A stretch of DNA of 54,622 nucleotides, counting the filler, from Sluysia triapertura (taxonomy: Eukaryota), in NCBI GenBank assembly GCA_046118255.1. It is 4 parts of 4 records of this genome, joined end to end, with 100 filler letters (N's around TTAATTAATTAA, not from the genome) between each part and the next. Parts side by side here need not be neighbours in the genome. Positions count along the whole stretch, not along the records: positions 1 to 18,747 come from JBJNIA010120860.1; 3 more parts are not named here. The stretch is one strand, 5' to 3'. Position 1 is the stretch's first letter; each line of letters starts with the position of its first letter. Positions 1-15,249 of the stretch are shown here, piece after piece. The position numbers and the translations under genes are program-made. The notes under the pieces are model-generated. The model made no database searches and was not told where the DNA came from. It was given only the letters and a program-made list of their open reading frames with translations.

Positions 1-199
1 AGATATTAGTTGATTTGTTGGTGTATATAAGTTAATGAGGTGTTGTGATTGTCAAATGTTGTTTTATGATGTTTGTGTTGGAGTAATTCGGAAGTAAAAA
101 GTATGACTGTTGGGAAGATTGCATTTTAATGAAATTTGATTTATAGATATTAGGTTCAGTAGTTTGATTGGGTTTGAATTATGAATGTTGACCACTACA
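1..199 (-). mobile_element. 5' part of a related LTR, truncated by the window edge
   Basis: Reverse complement begins TGTAGTGGTCAACATTCATAATTCAAA versus TGTAGTGGCCAACACCCATAAGTCAAA at 51961; same strand skew. Confidence 0.5.
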
Positions 200-3100
200 A
201 CATACACCAAGGTTTATTTGTATAATATAAAATTTAGGATTGCTCCTTAAATGATAAATTCAAAATTTAAATTAGATTTTAACTCAAGCGATTGCTTGAG
301 TATTGAAAATTCAAATGATTTTTAGTTGATTTTAAGTCAAAAATATCAATGTCAAAACTTAAAAACAAATATCATACTTATTCATTGAACATAAATTGAT
401 AGATATCCAAATAGAATTTAGTTCCACGACAACTCCAATCTTCGTATAATCAAACTAGTAATATTCTCCAAACAAATTAAATATCAGAATTAACGATCCC
501 AATCTTCTGGTGAATAAATTGATGATTTTTCTTCACAAGAAAATTAGTATAAAATTTTCCAATATTCTCGGACGAAATTTAAAAATATTAAAACGCTATT
601 GTGCTGTCTGCGTTGATTATTTATATGCTGTTTTTGTTTTTAAGTTCTGCTGATATTATCAAATATAAATATTTATCGACATCCTTTAAACTTCCTTCAA
701 AAATTTTTGATATAATATAAATAAATGATTGAATAATGTAAATATTGAATTATTTCAAAGAATTTAATTCTATAAAATTAATATTTCAAATTCCAAATTT
801 AATTAAAATTCTTAAAATTAAATGAATTTAATAATTAAATAAATTAAGTTAAATTAATTAATTAAAACGCTCATCATTTAATATTAATATAACATTATTA
901 TTTACAATTAATGAAATTAAAATATAAAAATTATTTTAAAAAATATATGAAAAATATGTCTTATTTACAAATAAATTGTAATATTATTTACGATACCTAC
1001 GATCATAAATGGAAAGCTTAACTTAATGAGCTCAAATTAAATCCAAGTCTTAAAAGATTTAATTGTGAATGTCAAATAATCTCATGTACTTACTTTATAA
1101 TAACAAATAACTCAAGGTTAGATTGTTTATAATCGCGCCGAATGAGGATACCAAATGCATTTCAGAAATTATCAATTGCACCGAGTGAAATGAATTGGAC
1201 AGAACAATATTGGACGAAAAGAATATTTCTTTTGCGTTTAATTAATGATTTAACAATAAGTTGAACGATTCTTTGTAATTATTATTATAATTGTTATATG
1301 TATTGTCATTGCTATTATTATTATTTTAATTATTATCATTATAATTGTACCTGACAAAATTAATGAAATTGAATTCAAAATGGTACTCAAAACATTAATT
1401 TCAGGTTAAATTAATGATTACTTTATTAGTGTTTAATATTCAACGTTTCGACTGCATAATAATTATAAGAAATCGCCGATAACTCCCACGTGTGCGAAAC
1501 CTTGTAATTTAATACAATCTAATCGAAAATTTATTTTAATGCATCAAATTTTTTAAAAATTCATTAAAGAGAAACTAATAATTACAGTTTATTGAAATAA
1601 TTCCCAGCAAAACCATACAGTTTAAAAAACCTTATTAATTTCCATTTCGACCCCAATTTTAAGTCTAGCGATGGTTCAAGTAGCAGACTTATTTTTGCAA
1701 AAACCGCTTACCTACAAGTATTTCAAGTGAAATAGATGTTTACATGAATTTATTGTCAATGAAATGTTTCCCTTACAAATACTCACATTTTTTTCACGTA
1801 ATTTTAAGCTCTTGTATAACTGGCTTTTGAATCATTTAGAATCATGTCATCAAAATTTTAAAATTAGAAATGTATTTTATTAAGCGTGTCATAAATTTTT
1901 AATAGGAATCATTTCAACCGAATGAATTAGGAACTATATTAATTCTTTAGAGACTTTAAAATTCACATCTATTTGAACTGTCATTTCGAAAAATTATACA
2001 TTCAAAACACTACTATTAATTTTGAAAAAAAGGTTTTGTGCGCTTAATTGTAAAACTCAACCTTTCATTATAAGTTATTTGAAACTCATTCAACTTTGTT
2101 AATCGAAGTCACTTTTGTGATTGAGGTTCTTTTATGTAGAATAAACAAATTAAAAATAATTAATAAATTCCTCGACAATACTTAAACTTATTATAAAATA
2201 ATAAGATCAAGTAGTTTGAGGATATTCTTCGTTCAAATAATAAACTACAAAAATTATAAATTCGGAATTTCCGCAAATAAATCATTTAACATATATAGGC
2301 TTAAATGTATTTTAATACAAAGAAATGATAACATAATAAATCATTATGATTAAAGTAATAATTACACATCGTATAAACTATAAGTGTTTATTTTATATAA
2401 TATATAATACGAAAATTTATTTAACGTATAATAAAAATAAAAAATAAAACAGTAAAGTACAATTAATTTCGTGACGAATTAAAACCCCATAATTGTCAAG
2501 CACATAATCACTAAGTTATTGAAAAGATTAAATTTTGTTAATATTTACTTTATAGTTATTAAAATACAAAGTCAAATAATAGACAATACGATTAAAAATG
2601 AGTTTTAATACAAAATGACGTAATAAAGTTATCGGAAGGGATAAATATAATATAATATATATGCCACCTAATTAACATATAAAACAATTTAAAAATTATA
2701 TTTTAAATCAAAAACCCATATTTATTAAATCATATAAAAGGCAATTACTAATATAATTATATTATATTTTAAGTCAATAAAGTACTTTAAATAAATATCT
2801 TTAAAGAAATTAAACATTTTAATATTGTTAGCGTTCCAAAATATTAAATTTTTAACCATTAAGTAAAACGATTATGTGGTTCCTGGATATTAAAGATTGT
2901 CACATGTCGAAACAATACAATTTGTTTTTGATTTAAAAAATTTAAACTTTGAATTTTCATTTTGTCGAAAATTACATTTCTGTCATTTAAAAAATAATTT
3001 CACAATTATTTATAAATATTTAATCTTTTAAATAAATAGTAAATACATTTTTAATACTAAATTATAAAACAGGCAAAATTACAAAAAAAATTAATTATTC

Positions 3101-5815
3101 AGTTTTAAAAAACAATTAAATTTTTGAATATTACAAATTATATCAAAATAAATTGTTCGTTAATTTTTCTGGAAAATACTATACAACCAAAAATATTTTG
3201 TTTCACTGAACTTACAAGACTAACAAATTAAAACATTAAGTACAGCGTAGGACATTTTAAAATTATCTATATTTTATTTAATACTTCTATTTTTCGACAA
3301 AAAAATTTATTGGACTTAATGCATACCACAAATGGTGCCTTAAAAGTAGAGTTCTGGTGGATATCACCGTTTTCATAAGTACTTACAAATCCATGATTCC
3401 ACAAAAGATTAATTCACTTACATTGTCACTTAATTAATTTTTTAATTGAAATTATCTAATTTCGAAATATTTAATATTGTAACACAATATTCACAGCTTA
3501 ATAATTAATATTTTTACTAAACTTGATACTAAATATAGCTCCAACTTCAAAATTACAAAATATTGACTTGTAACTGAATTAAATATTTTAGGAAACCATT
3601 TTACTCAAAAAATAACCATTAAAATAAAATCAAAGTCACCATAAAAATATTTACAATATTATAATAATCGTAGATAAAATATATAAATTGAACTGGAATT
3701 AAAATCAAAATCAAAACAAAAAATGAAAGCAACATTTTCATAAACTAAAGTGTGGAAATCATATTTGTATGTAAGTGGGTTGCAATACTTCGCTTTAAAC
3801 TTAATCATTTAGACTTATTTGGCCGGTTTGTAAGTTTAAAATGTTTAATTTATGGTTTATAATTTTCTTATTCTTGTAATAAACCTAAAAACCACAAGAG
3901 AAAAACTTAAATAATTCAAATTGTCAGAATTTCAAAAATTGTATAGTTTATGGAAGCGCTTAATGAAAAAAAAATAGTTCTGTAGACAAATTTATAAAAA
4001 ATAGACGTTTATTTAGTTTACTTTAAACTATAAATAATTTTGTCAATATATATAATTGATCCACTCTATACAATGCCAATTTAGAAAAGGTCAGTGTATA
4101 AATAACTGGCCAAATTAATTTTCAATTTCATAGGACGATTTAGTAATTAAGTCAAATTAAAATGCTATAACAAAATGCCACAATTTTAATTACTTAAGTA
4201 CCAATGCCACACAAAATACATTAATACAAAAATGTAAATATGTAAAATAATAACACGAAATTCGACAAATTAAAATAATGAAATACTTTGAAAATACTAG
4301 TAAGTAATTTGTTCAAAAACGTTTATTTACAACTTATTCATTTGCATTTCAATACTTTTTTCAAAGTTTTGTATTTGAAAATTAAAATAATAATATTAAA
4401 TTAATTTAATATTACGTTTTATGAATTTATAAATTTAAATTACCAATACACAATAAAGAAAAAACTTAATAAAATTTTAATTATTAAGCACTACTTCTGT
4501 AACCTGTTCGTAAATAAAATAAATAAATAATAAATCCAGACAAACAGTAAACTCAAATTTCGTCCGCAAATAATGCTATAAAAGTACAAATGACGTAAAG
4601 TTACACAGAAAGCTACAATGTTTCATAGCTACTTAAAAATTAACAATAATTTTATTTTTATATTTTTGGAAACTTGAATTTACAAACTTGATTTTACATT
4701 TTTCGTTTAATTATTTTACCAAACATTTTATTAGAATATTTGTGACTAAAAATACAGTAATATAATTACAACCAGACATACAAAAGCAAAATAAAAAGTC
4801 AAGCATGAATAATTGTTATAATACAAAAAGGATCAACGTATTAATAGAACCAGTTATAACATTCAAACAAAATTGACTTACGGCTTCAAAGATTGTTTTA
4901 TTAATTCATCATTTTGAATTATGCTTCTAATTTAAAGAATAAGCATGTTTAAATTAAATCCTAACATGTAATTCTCGATGTTACACAATATTCTTATTTT
5001 ACCTAACGTTACTAGAACTATAACTATCTTGCACATTTCTCATGCTTCTTATGGTGACCACCAATAATCAAAATAAGCATTTTTGATGTTACAGACACTA
5101 AAGAACTTAATTATAATTTTTTATTTTATACTTAGATAAGATTTTATATAATCTTTTTGTTGTAGTTTACATCAGAAGCCGAAAAATCGTTTAAATCTAA
5201 ATACTGATTCTAACAAAACAAAACAAATTAAGTAATATTTATAAGAGTAATTTTTAATGTTAATGTACTATTATTAAAGACTGAAAGACAATGTAGATAT
5301 AGAGATAGAAAAGATGAAACTAAACAGTGTCGTCAAAGCATATATTATTTTCTAAAATAACTAAGTGCATATCAGAATTTTCGTAAATTGCATTTATTTT
5401 CTAATGATCATTTTGTTAGTCCATAATATATCACAGGACATTTATTTTGTTTATTTTATACATATCTTTGTAAAACAAAAATTATTTGACAGTATCAAAC
5501 TAGAATGAAACGAAAAAGCATTAAAATAATTGATTATGAAAGAATCCAAATATTTAATTATTATCATCATTATGATTAATGCTGAACAATTTTTAATTAA
5601 CTACTTTTCATTGTTAAAGAAATATACAACTTGAAAACGAAACAATTTCAAAATTTTTTACAATAATAAATTCGATTTATAAATATCTTACAAAAAAATT
5701 TTCCAAACACAAAATCAATATTGAAGGTATGGTGTAAAGATTATTTCTGATATTATTTTTCTGTTAATTCGTATCATTATTTAATTTTATCTTATTTCTC
5801 ACACATTCGTATTAT

Positions 5816-5916
5816 TCAATCGTCACTGTTTGATTCCGAATCGGAGGTATCTGATTTTGATGATGAGGAATCGGAAGAATTAGATGAGGATTCACTGTTA
5901 CCATCGTCTTGGTCAT
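5816..5916 (-). CDS. BET gene probable terminal exon (Ser/Asp-rich SEED-like tail)
   Basis: ttttcag| acceptor in phase 1 gives DDQDDGNSESSSNSSDSSSSKSDTSDSESNSDD*, like the SEED tail after ET in BRD2/3. Implies an ~8.1-kb intron (5917-14022). Confidence 0.75.
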
Positions 5917-8639
5917 CTGAAAAATTAACCAATAATATAATATAATAGCAAAGCAATAGCAATAATATAAATTTTTAAATAAAAAATTTAACACGGCCAA
6001 TATTTAGTATAGTTTTATTAGATTAAAAATGAAAAAAATCCCAATTTTCTTGAATTATCGATTTTTTGAAATTTCTTGAACTTAATAAGCTGGTGTCAAT
6101 CTCAAACGCACATTTAAAATAGACCGTCTATCTAATATATAATTCTTCTTTGCAATAGCAATGTCAGTTGACGTGCATAGCACATATCATTATTCTCTAG
6201 AAACATACAACCGTAACGCATCATTCTAGATCAAGAGGTATATTATAATTTTGTCAATAATAAATATAATACTAATAAATTCTTTAATTCATCACATTAC
6301 ACAAAATCACATTTTTACATATTCATTGCATCAAAAATCATCAAGTTTGCATTTTAAATCTCAAAGTAATTGCAATATAAATGGATTTTTTTGTAACACT
6401 TTCAACTTCATTAACTTTTTATTATACTTCTTTTTCATATTCCTTATAACTTACAATGCTTTCTTCAATAAACATTTATAACTATTTTAAAGAATAATGT
6501 AATATTTTCATAGGTTTTTAAGGTAAAGAAATATTTAAAGAAAAGTAAAAGAATTAGAAGAATTTATGAGTTTTTATACGTACTTTACATCTTTATCGTC
6601 AGTATTAAATTCTCATTTTTATAAGTATTAATATTATTCTTATTATTTTTACTGTACATTCACTATTATCATTTTAATTATTATTATGCTTAGTAACTAT
6701 TTTAACTGTCATTCTTGACAGTTTTCCATTAGCAAAAATTTAATTTTTCTCAACTCTGACATTTTTTAATCATTTAAAATTAATTTCACATGGCAACAAT
6801 AGTTGCTTTTGTAACTAGTGAGATGTATTTGACAATTTCGTTTTGATTGGTCAGCCATTAAAAAATATTATAAAGTTGTCGCGCAGTTAATTAGTTCACA
6901 ATTTATTTGGGCCCAATTAATTAATACACAATTATAATCACTTTTAAAAAATAAACAATGACAAAATATTTAAACAAAATTAAAGTCGAATTTTTATTAA
7001 TCAAACTGAACCATGCGTTAGTCATGAGTGTATTCAAAAGATCGTTTTAGCTCAAAGTTATATACTTAATCGATTTAATAAAATGAATAATACGCTAATT
7101 ACAGTTATTGAATTACCCATTAGTAATTATGAAGCCATTTCTTATGATTTAAAGAATTGTTTATCTGTTTTGATTGAATTTAAAAAAATTTAGTCAATTT
7201 TTTTCTAAGATTTAATGCAAAAGATAACTTAGCTAAAGGGCATTCAAGTTAACACAAATTAGTTCGAATAAGTAAATGAAGACTTAATGTAAATGAAGAA
7301 ATATGTAATATCACTAAAACTAAAGTTCACACGGCAAATGATAATATACACATACCTATTCAATCTCGTCGGATTCTCCAATATCAAATAGTCAGAGCGT
7401 ATCAGATGAAGTTTTATCATCAATTCAATCAAATCAGTCTAATGTAATAAATTTCATAAGCAGAATTCGTGAATTAGTATATAATACAGGCTTTTCCAGT
7501 CAATCTTTTCATACAGCGAATTCTTCAATCAATCACCCATATCAAATTAGTTCAAATTTATGCATGCATATTCCAGTTTTACGCAATGTACGTTATTATT
7601 CAAAGAATTATTCAAAGATATACTATCTTTGTACTTACTATTACATTATTATGATTATCAGTTTTTGATTTTATTGTCTTCATATGTTTTAGCCTATCTT
7701 CCTAGCGTATAAGTTCGTAATATCTTCAAAGATACATCAACATTTAATTTTACATATTACTTGTTTGATAGAACAATTTTTTTATAAATTTTTACTTTAA
7801 TTAGTTTATCTTAAAAATTAAGCAAAGAAAATTTAAAAAATTCAGATTTTATTTAAATTAAATAAATTGATTTATAACACTTGTAATAAATAAATCAGAA
7901 TTTTTATAACGATCTTATTTCACTAAATAATCATTTTAAACTTATTCACAATATCAATATAAATTTAAGTCCACTTAATAAACCTCCAAATAAACGGTGT
8001 CAGGGTTTTATATATAGAATTATGAATTATTTGCAACAATACAATAACCACTGTTGTAACTATGATAATAATTAGTGATTTTATTATCACATCTAAACTG
8101 GCCAATATATGACTATCCATATATAATGCAATATCATCAAAGATTTGGGAAAATTAATGAAAGAAATTAACCAAAGAAATTTCATTCAAGCATTTTAGAA
8201 TGGTAGAATTTTAATATATAGACTTCAGATTGTTATAATTTTTTTTGTTTCTATTTAATCTGAACATAATTAAGTTTAAAAAGCTCCATTCTACCTTCTT
8301 ATTTTTCTTGCATTGTTTTTTGAAATATTTCTTTCCTACTTTCAAATTTCTCTGCTTTACTTAAGATCATTTTCTTAAATAATTATCTTTACAATACTAT
8401 TAAATATACAATCAAAAAAATGTTAAACAGACACTATTTGGAGTTTTTTCTTATTATAATTTACTGTGTATAAGAACATCAAAAGTAACTTGCGTCTTAC
8501 CACTGGAGTAGAAACTCCTAATTAATAATAACTTATGATTGATAAATTAGAATAGCAGGATAAAAATTATTTAATGTATATAATATGCTTTAAAACGATA
8601 GAAAAAAATTTAGTATACATCTATCCCCCGATTTAAACT

Positions 8640-9275
8640 GTAAATAGATTCTCCTGAGAAAAATATGTAAATCGAAATTGCAAATTTTTGAATGTATAAC
8701 CATGTAAATGGAAAATTATGCAAAAAACGTGTAATTTCGTTGTTTATTAATTAAGAAAAATTTCAACTTTTTAAAGGTACATAAATCAAAGAAAAATATT
8801 GAATGGCAAAAGATGTGTATATACTAATTATATACAAAGTTCTTTATCAGCCACTAGTTCTGCAATGTATCTTTCTCCACCTAATGAATGCAGCAATTGT
8901 ACTATCTGAGAATATGCATCCTTTAATGGTGAAATAGAATATTCACCTTAAACTGAACTTGGTCACAATTTCTCCCAACAGCCACTGAGCGTTGATTGCT
9001 TAATCGTACTATATGATAAAGCAATATGCTTAAAACGTTGCAAGATTGTAAAATTTTTCCAAGCATTAATAAGTGTTTAAGATTCTTTTAAAATATGCAC
9101 GAAGGCTCGTTTTATGTACAGAGCCTTAAAAATTGAAATTATACCCTGACTGTAATAATGAAGTCGTATTCTTTGGTAAAAATGTAATTTGGACAATCTC
9201 ATGCTGCAGATCTTGTGGATGACCCGGTACATTGTCAATTAACAAAAGCACTTTAAAAACCCAGGCTTTCTTTAT
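8640..9275 (-). mobile_element. Tigger/TIGD1-like transposase 3' fragment in the BET intron
   Basis: FKVLLLIDNVPGHPQDLQHEIVQITFLPKNTTSLLQ..GIISIFKALYIKR; disrupted. Confidence 0.8.
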
Positions 9276-9759
9276 TTATTTTTTTTCGGTATACGTCTAG
9301 CAGATATAAAATATGTTTGTCACTTACGAATATGAAAAATTAAAATTTTCTAGTTGAAAATGATGTGAAATGAGTGTAACTTCCTACGTATTGGGAAATC
9401 CCTTATATAGGTCCTAACAAGTAACCTTCAAGTGTAAATATCTTCACGCACAATTAAGCGTTTTACAGCAATTTTATAGAAAAAACAACCACACTTTTTT
9501 CATACGAATGACTACCTGTTTACACATGTTCGACGCATTGAAATAAAACTTCCACCTAGTGCCATAAATATCAACTATATCTTATAATTAAAGTGGATTG
9601 TTACATAGATTGGAGTTAAAAAATTTCCTTTTGATCTTAGGCAGTTTATTTTCAAAATTTAATTTTAAATTTTTTTGAACCATGTAAAAGCGAAAATGTG
9701 TACGAGTAAAATTGAAAACTCTTAAATTATTTAATACTTTTGCAGTAAGCACCTACAAA

Positions 9760-10060
9760 TTTTTGGCCTATGCAACTAAATGCGTTTGTACACCCCAAAA
9801 TAAAATATTTAATAAAGTATGTGAAGTCATTCGACACAGAAATTTTAAGCATTTAGACCCTTGACATCTTCCGATGAACGCGAAAGTTTCAGATGTTGTC
9901 AAAGGCGTAGATGTTTTTGGGTAGCGGTAACTCTGAATAAGAGTTTCACAGCTGCTCTGATGAATACAGCATATTGTGTTAATTCTAAACGTGCTTGTCA
10001 CTTTTGTATGCATTAAAACACCTGTCTCGAAAAATTATTTATACGCATTTATACCTTTAT
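9760..10060 (-). mobile_element. Tc1/mariner-superfamily transposase relic with large internal deletion
   Basis: FETG (N-terminal HTH region motif) close to TSHTLLNILFWGVQTHLV, which resembles SPDLTPLDFFLWGY.K..V. Confidence 0.35.
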
Positions 10061-11094
10061 TCTTTATATTCAATGTACTTGTTTTCTTTCTGTAAATTAT
10101 ATTTACACAGGGCTCATTTACAAAGAACATTATATAACAATGTAAGAAATTATTAATATTAGAAAATCCTGGTACGTTGATATTCTAAGCAATTTTGCTT
10201 GATGAAGTGTTTCGAAAACATACTTTTGTTATTTTGCAGCAATACACACAGTAACATATTTTTTAAGCATGATGACCAATTGGTCAATTATCTTAGACAA
10301 GTATTTCATGCATCAATACTCGATAAACCTAAAATACTATCTACTTTGAAATACATGATTAAAAGTGAATATAATGTACCATTGGCCATCTTCCTTTAAA
10401 TAATTCATAATTTTCCAGTGATTTGACATTCTCTGATGGTTGGCTCTATATATTTTAAACAAACATATTTTGTTTTCAGTGTATTATACAATATCTTAAA
10501 GGTTTCCGAAAATTTCATTATCTCCAAGAAATATCAGGTCCTCTATAACGCAAGCATTTATATATCACTGTCATAATTTTGAATTCTCTTACTTTTATTG
10601 ATAACCAATACAATTTTTAGTACATTGTGTACCGTGCACATGTATTTGAATTTCCTCTCATGCTTAAAATTGGCTTCTCTCGTAATATCTCAAAATTGCA
10701 TTTTTCGGTTCTTGTTTGCAATTTTGTTCGTTCTCTTGCCTGCAGTTCTCTAGACTAGATTAGAAACAATGACGATGCGTAACGTGTTAATATACGTAAC
10801 AGTAAATCTTTTCGATCGAAACAAGTTTTCTGCTGAATAATTCTATATGGAATTAAAATCTGTACTAGTTATCAACGAATGCAAAATTATCTTTATTAAT
10901 AAATTCTCGAATAGCTGATATTCGTTTTAATTGTTATTTATACTCCGACAATACAACTATATTTTCTTCCAAAATCATTATTTTTTATTTATAGTCTACA
11001 CATTTATTTGATTTCAGTACGTATTTTGAGTAGTATTTGACATTTAATACATGAACATAATTTAGTGAATACAAGAAACATTAATCATATAAAA

Positions 11095-11560
11095 TTATTG
11101 ATGATAATTTGCATGTTCCTATAATCACACGATTACAGGAATTATAATGAATATTTTGACTTTCTATCCACCTTTATAAAACAAATTGCCCATCTAAATC
11201 GTTTGCCAGATTTTGTTTTAAGTTTTTCTTCGCATTCACTAACAATTTATTACATCAAATATTGTAGAAAAATGCTTTTTTTATTTGTATAAAATACGAA
11301 ATTTATTAGCAAATATATTATAAGATTGCTACAATATATTTTAGAGACGTTTGATCACGTGAATAAAATATTACACATTGGTCCAAGACATCAACACTAT
11401 ATTTGATTTTGTCACACAAGTTTGCTATCGTTATTTTATTTTCATCAATTGTCAATTTTATATTAGAAACTTAGTAAAGCTGATTATAAGAGGTTCATCA
11501 GAATCTGAAAACCGTAATTTCCATTTTCTCTAATACATTTTGAAAATATTGCTTGTTTGT
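11095..11560 (-). mobile_element. piggyBac transposase C-terminal relic
   Basis: GNYGFQILM (KYGIKI-like), KIKYSVDVLDQCVIFYS (GGVD.LDQM...Y motif) and a degenerate Cys-rich tail KRFRWAICFIKVDRKSKY. Confidence 0.65.
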
Positions 11561-14022
11561 TTGACTATTATTATTATGAGGATCCGAAAGAACTTTAGCT
11601 CTAGATTCTGAATGAATTGCATAAATTTACTTATGAACAATATATTTAGTGAAATTTATAAAGCACCATTTATTCACACTAAAATTTCCCGGTTTTGTCA
11701 CATTTAAGCGCCAAAAGCAACTCCAGTCACATTTTTTAGCATTTTAAGTCTTCCAAACTACCCCGAATATATCGAAGTTAAAAATATTTTAATTTTATTT
11801 TATAAATTTTCATATAAAATCCGATTATTAAACACATCATACACGTTTGTTTATTTCAGAAAATTTTAAATATGTTCCGTAATTATATCATGAGAACTTG
11901 CACCTTTGTGTTAATATCGATTAATTTACATTAATTCTCTTGTACATTTCATTTATTTCCAAACATGTGATTTAAAAATATTGTGATGTCACTTTTTCCT
12001 AAAGAATCTTGTTCTCGGAATACTCTACGGAAAGCTTATCATAAAACATCTGTGATTTATTTATGAATTAGTATAATATTTATTTATAGTCTCATAGTTA
12101 ATCAACGCATTATCATGAGTTATAAGTATTTACGTTTCGGAAATAAGTTTGACTCTTATTTTAAAATATACTTAAATTTTAAATTTTGATACTAAAATTT
12201 TGTTAAATGTTCATATTGTTAAATTCTAAAATTTAAAATTTTATTCAATTTAAAATCTTGTAACAAATACCAATGTCACATTATAGCATTATTGTAAAAC
12301 ATCAGAGCAACCGAAGCTAGAAAATAAATATTACATATTGAAGATGATGATGCTATAAAAGACAATGCTCAAAAATGAGAAACAATGATTTAACAGCGGA
12401 AATTTAAGTATTCAATCATTAGTAACTGATTTTGGACCTTAACAATCAACATTTACATTAAATAGATAAATAAGCTTTAAAAACTTCATGATTTTATTAT
12501 TTCTTAATTGCAGAATTGAAATTTGGAAAATTCTATCAGACCATCCACTAGGTTAAGATTTTTCAAACAAGTTGTAACATAATGAAAAATTGGTTTACTT
12601 TAAAAATTATTTCTCATTTTAGGTTAGGCGAAAATGACAGTATTAAAATCGAAATGTTTAATAAAGCATATGATATAATGCATACAGAAATATAAATTCT
12701 GCTCTCTGTGTGAACAATTAAATCTAACATGACAATGTCTACTAAATATCTTGCAATGATCAACAAAAAAGAAATATTACTACATCACAATACAAAACAC
12801 TATATACTTCAATTCAACTACTTAAAAGTTAGATTAAAATCAGGTCATACCAATTAGATTATCATTTACTCACATAGATGACAATTTTTTTCGTGGTCTG
12901 AAGTTCATTTCTTCTATCCACCTGTTTACTTCTAAGGACAAGAAATGGTAAATTTAATAGAACATAATGAAGTGTATATTAAATTGTATTTCTTGTACAT
13001 TTGTTTTGATTTTTATTTAAAAATACAAATACTTATAACTCATGCTAATATCATACAATTCCTAAAAATAATGTAAGATTTTCTTTTTTATTAGTTAATA
13101 TAAAAATAAAGAATTTTTAACAGAAAGTAACTGAAACATTGCTTCTTCAACCGAATATAAAAAGTCTAACCTTTATAACTATATGAAATTAAAAAATATA
13201 TTTATTAATATGTAAAATGTTCATTGTTAAACATTGTCACGTTGATTTAGAGTTTATAAAAAATGATAGTTGTAAGGCGAACCCAAACAGTATTTTATTT
13301 TAATAAAATCAGCACCATGCCTTAGCACTCGGATGACTGAAGACAACACCAAATTTAAATTTGATAAGTTAAGTTTTTGAAATTCCTTTATGCTAACATT
13401 ACTTACGTTGCTTAGAAATTATCTGAATTTATGTTTTAATCTTTATAATATATTCGAATCAAAGTATTTAACACAGTTTAGCCGTATTATTTTAATTTTT
13501 GCTAAAATTTAATGTATAATTTATTTAAAATGTACATATTTAAGTTAAATAAATGTTTAGTTAGAAAGTAAGAAAAATTATTATTATCATACGTAATGAA
13601 TATACAACTGATCATATAATTCATCGCATGTATAAAGAAATACAAATTAATCTCAAAATCTCAATGTAAGCATAAATGTAAGTAAAATAAATAAATGAAA
13701 GTATATTGGAATAAAGAAACTTTTCGAAGTGTAATAACATGAGATAATCTCGTTGACATTATCCAAAGTTTAAGGTTAGTATTAAGATGATTCTTGTTTG
13801 GTGGCAATGAAAGGCAAAGGTTTATGTTTACATCTTAATCAAGATTTTATCGAAAGGATTTCTATACAAAATAAAATTTTTTTGGCTGCATTTTGATTTG
13901 TTTTATTGAAAATCTGTTTAATAACAAAAATAATTTGAAACTTTTTAAAATACAAATTACTCGTATAAATAACTATATAAAAACAAAATATAAAAAAATA
14001 TATTCAATTTACTATTTTATAC

Positions 14023-14670
14023 CTTCTTGAGTAACCTCCGCGGCACTTTTTGTACTTTCATTTATTTTAATGCCATCTTCCCGAGGAGTTTCAGACGTTA
14101 ATGAATTATGTTGCTGCAATAAAGAATCATCAGCAGATCTGGCATTCGAATTAGTTTTTTGACGCGATACTACAGATTCACTACCAGCTGTTGATGTAGC
14201 AATGGTGGTCTCCTCTCTTGGTATTTGATTACAATTATTTAGAGTCTCTATTTTGTTATTTAAACCTGAGGAATTTGTGCTATTATTAGCAATTGTGTTA
14301 TTTGTAGAATTAAAAGTAGCATTTGCTGAAGATGGAGGACCAGCAGACCGTTTGGCGGTGCTTTTTTTCGTAGTGACAGAAGTAGTCGAAGACGAAGATT
14401 TATTTGCCGAATTTTGAGAATTATTACTGTTAGTATTACTTTGTTTATTAAGGACAGAATGTACAAATTTTTGTAGTTCTCGTAGTGTTGTTGGATTAAG
14501 AACTTCAAAATCTATTTCGATTTCATCAGGATTCGAATCGCGTAATGTCGGTTCGCGATCTTGTATAATTTGAACGATGCGACCCAATTTATCTCCAGGT
14601 AATTGATTAATATCCATACTAAGTTTGCGTTTATCGTCGTATGACATAGGTTTTGAGTCATCTGCAGTTG
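14023..14670 (-). CDS. BET gene exon encoding the extra-terminal (ET) domain
   Basis: attcag| acceptor in phase 1. [64 protein letters not shown] closely matches the BRD2/3/4 ET domain. G|gtataa donor in phase 1. Confidence 0.93.
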
Positions 14671-15249
14671 CTGAATATAGAATTTTAACAGGTAAAATAA
14701 GGTGAATTCTAGCTATAAATCTAGTTACGTGTACAACGATTTTTGAAATATTAATTATTATTATTTTTATTATATTAATTTATATTCCGCTCCTATCTAC
14801 TGCAAAGTACTCAAACGCGCTTAAATCATTCACTATAATATTTCTGAAATAGAAAGAACTTTGCCTTTTTCTTAAATCTAAAAATACTAATAAAAGTAAA
14901 TAAAATATTAATAAAGTATATGACGAGCACAGGAAATAGAATTCCTTTCATCATATTCCAAAAATTACTCTGAAACTGATTATTTGCAACAACAGTTACC
15001 ACCTTAGACGTAACATTATATATTACGAAATGAAAAACTGAAAATTTTAATGTAAAACGTATATAGCCTAATAAACTAATTATTTTTTAAATCAATTAAA
15101 AATGGCCTAATATCGAAAGATATCAAAGCTACATAAAAATGGCTGGTTGGATCAAAAGAAAATCAAAATTTTATACATGATTTTTTAGAAAAATTTAAAT
15201 AGTTTTATTTAATTTTAACATTTGATTATTAAAAATTAAAAAAGTTGAC

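Noticed and set aside
1120-1260. Serpin-like exon (LFIIAPNE)
   Set aside because: Too short, has a stop, and no supporting serpin motifs nearby.
5812-6000. 62-aa ORF from the track
   Set aside because: Wrong frame; the Ser/Asp-rich frame entered by splicing at 5916 fits the BET tail.
10140-10760. Helitron RepHel fragment (RGP motif)
   Set aside because: Only three residues match and no other RepHel motifs are recognisable.
12640-12940. Second piggyBac Cys-rich tail (RPRKNCHLCE)
   Set aside because: Too fragmentary to support as a feature.
14260-14508. 82-aa overlapping ORF
   Set aside because: Alternative-frame shadow of the ET exon.
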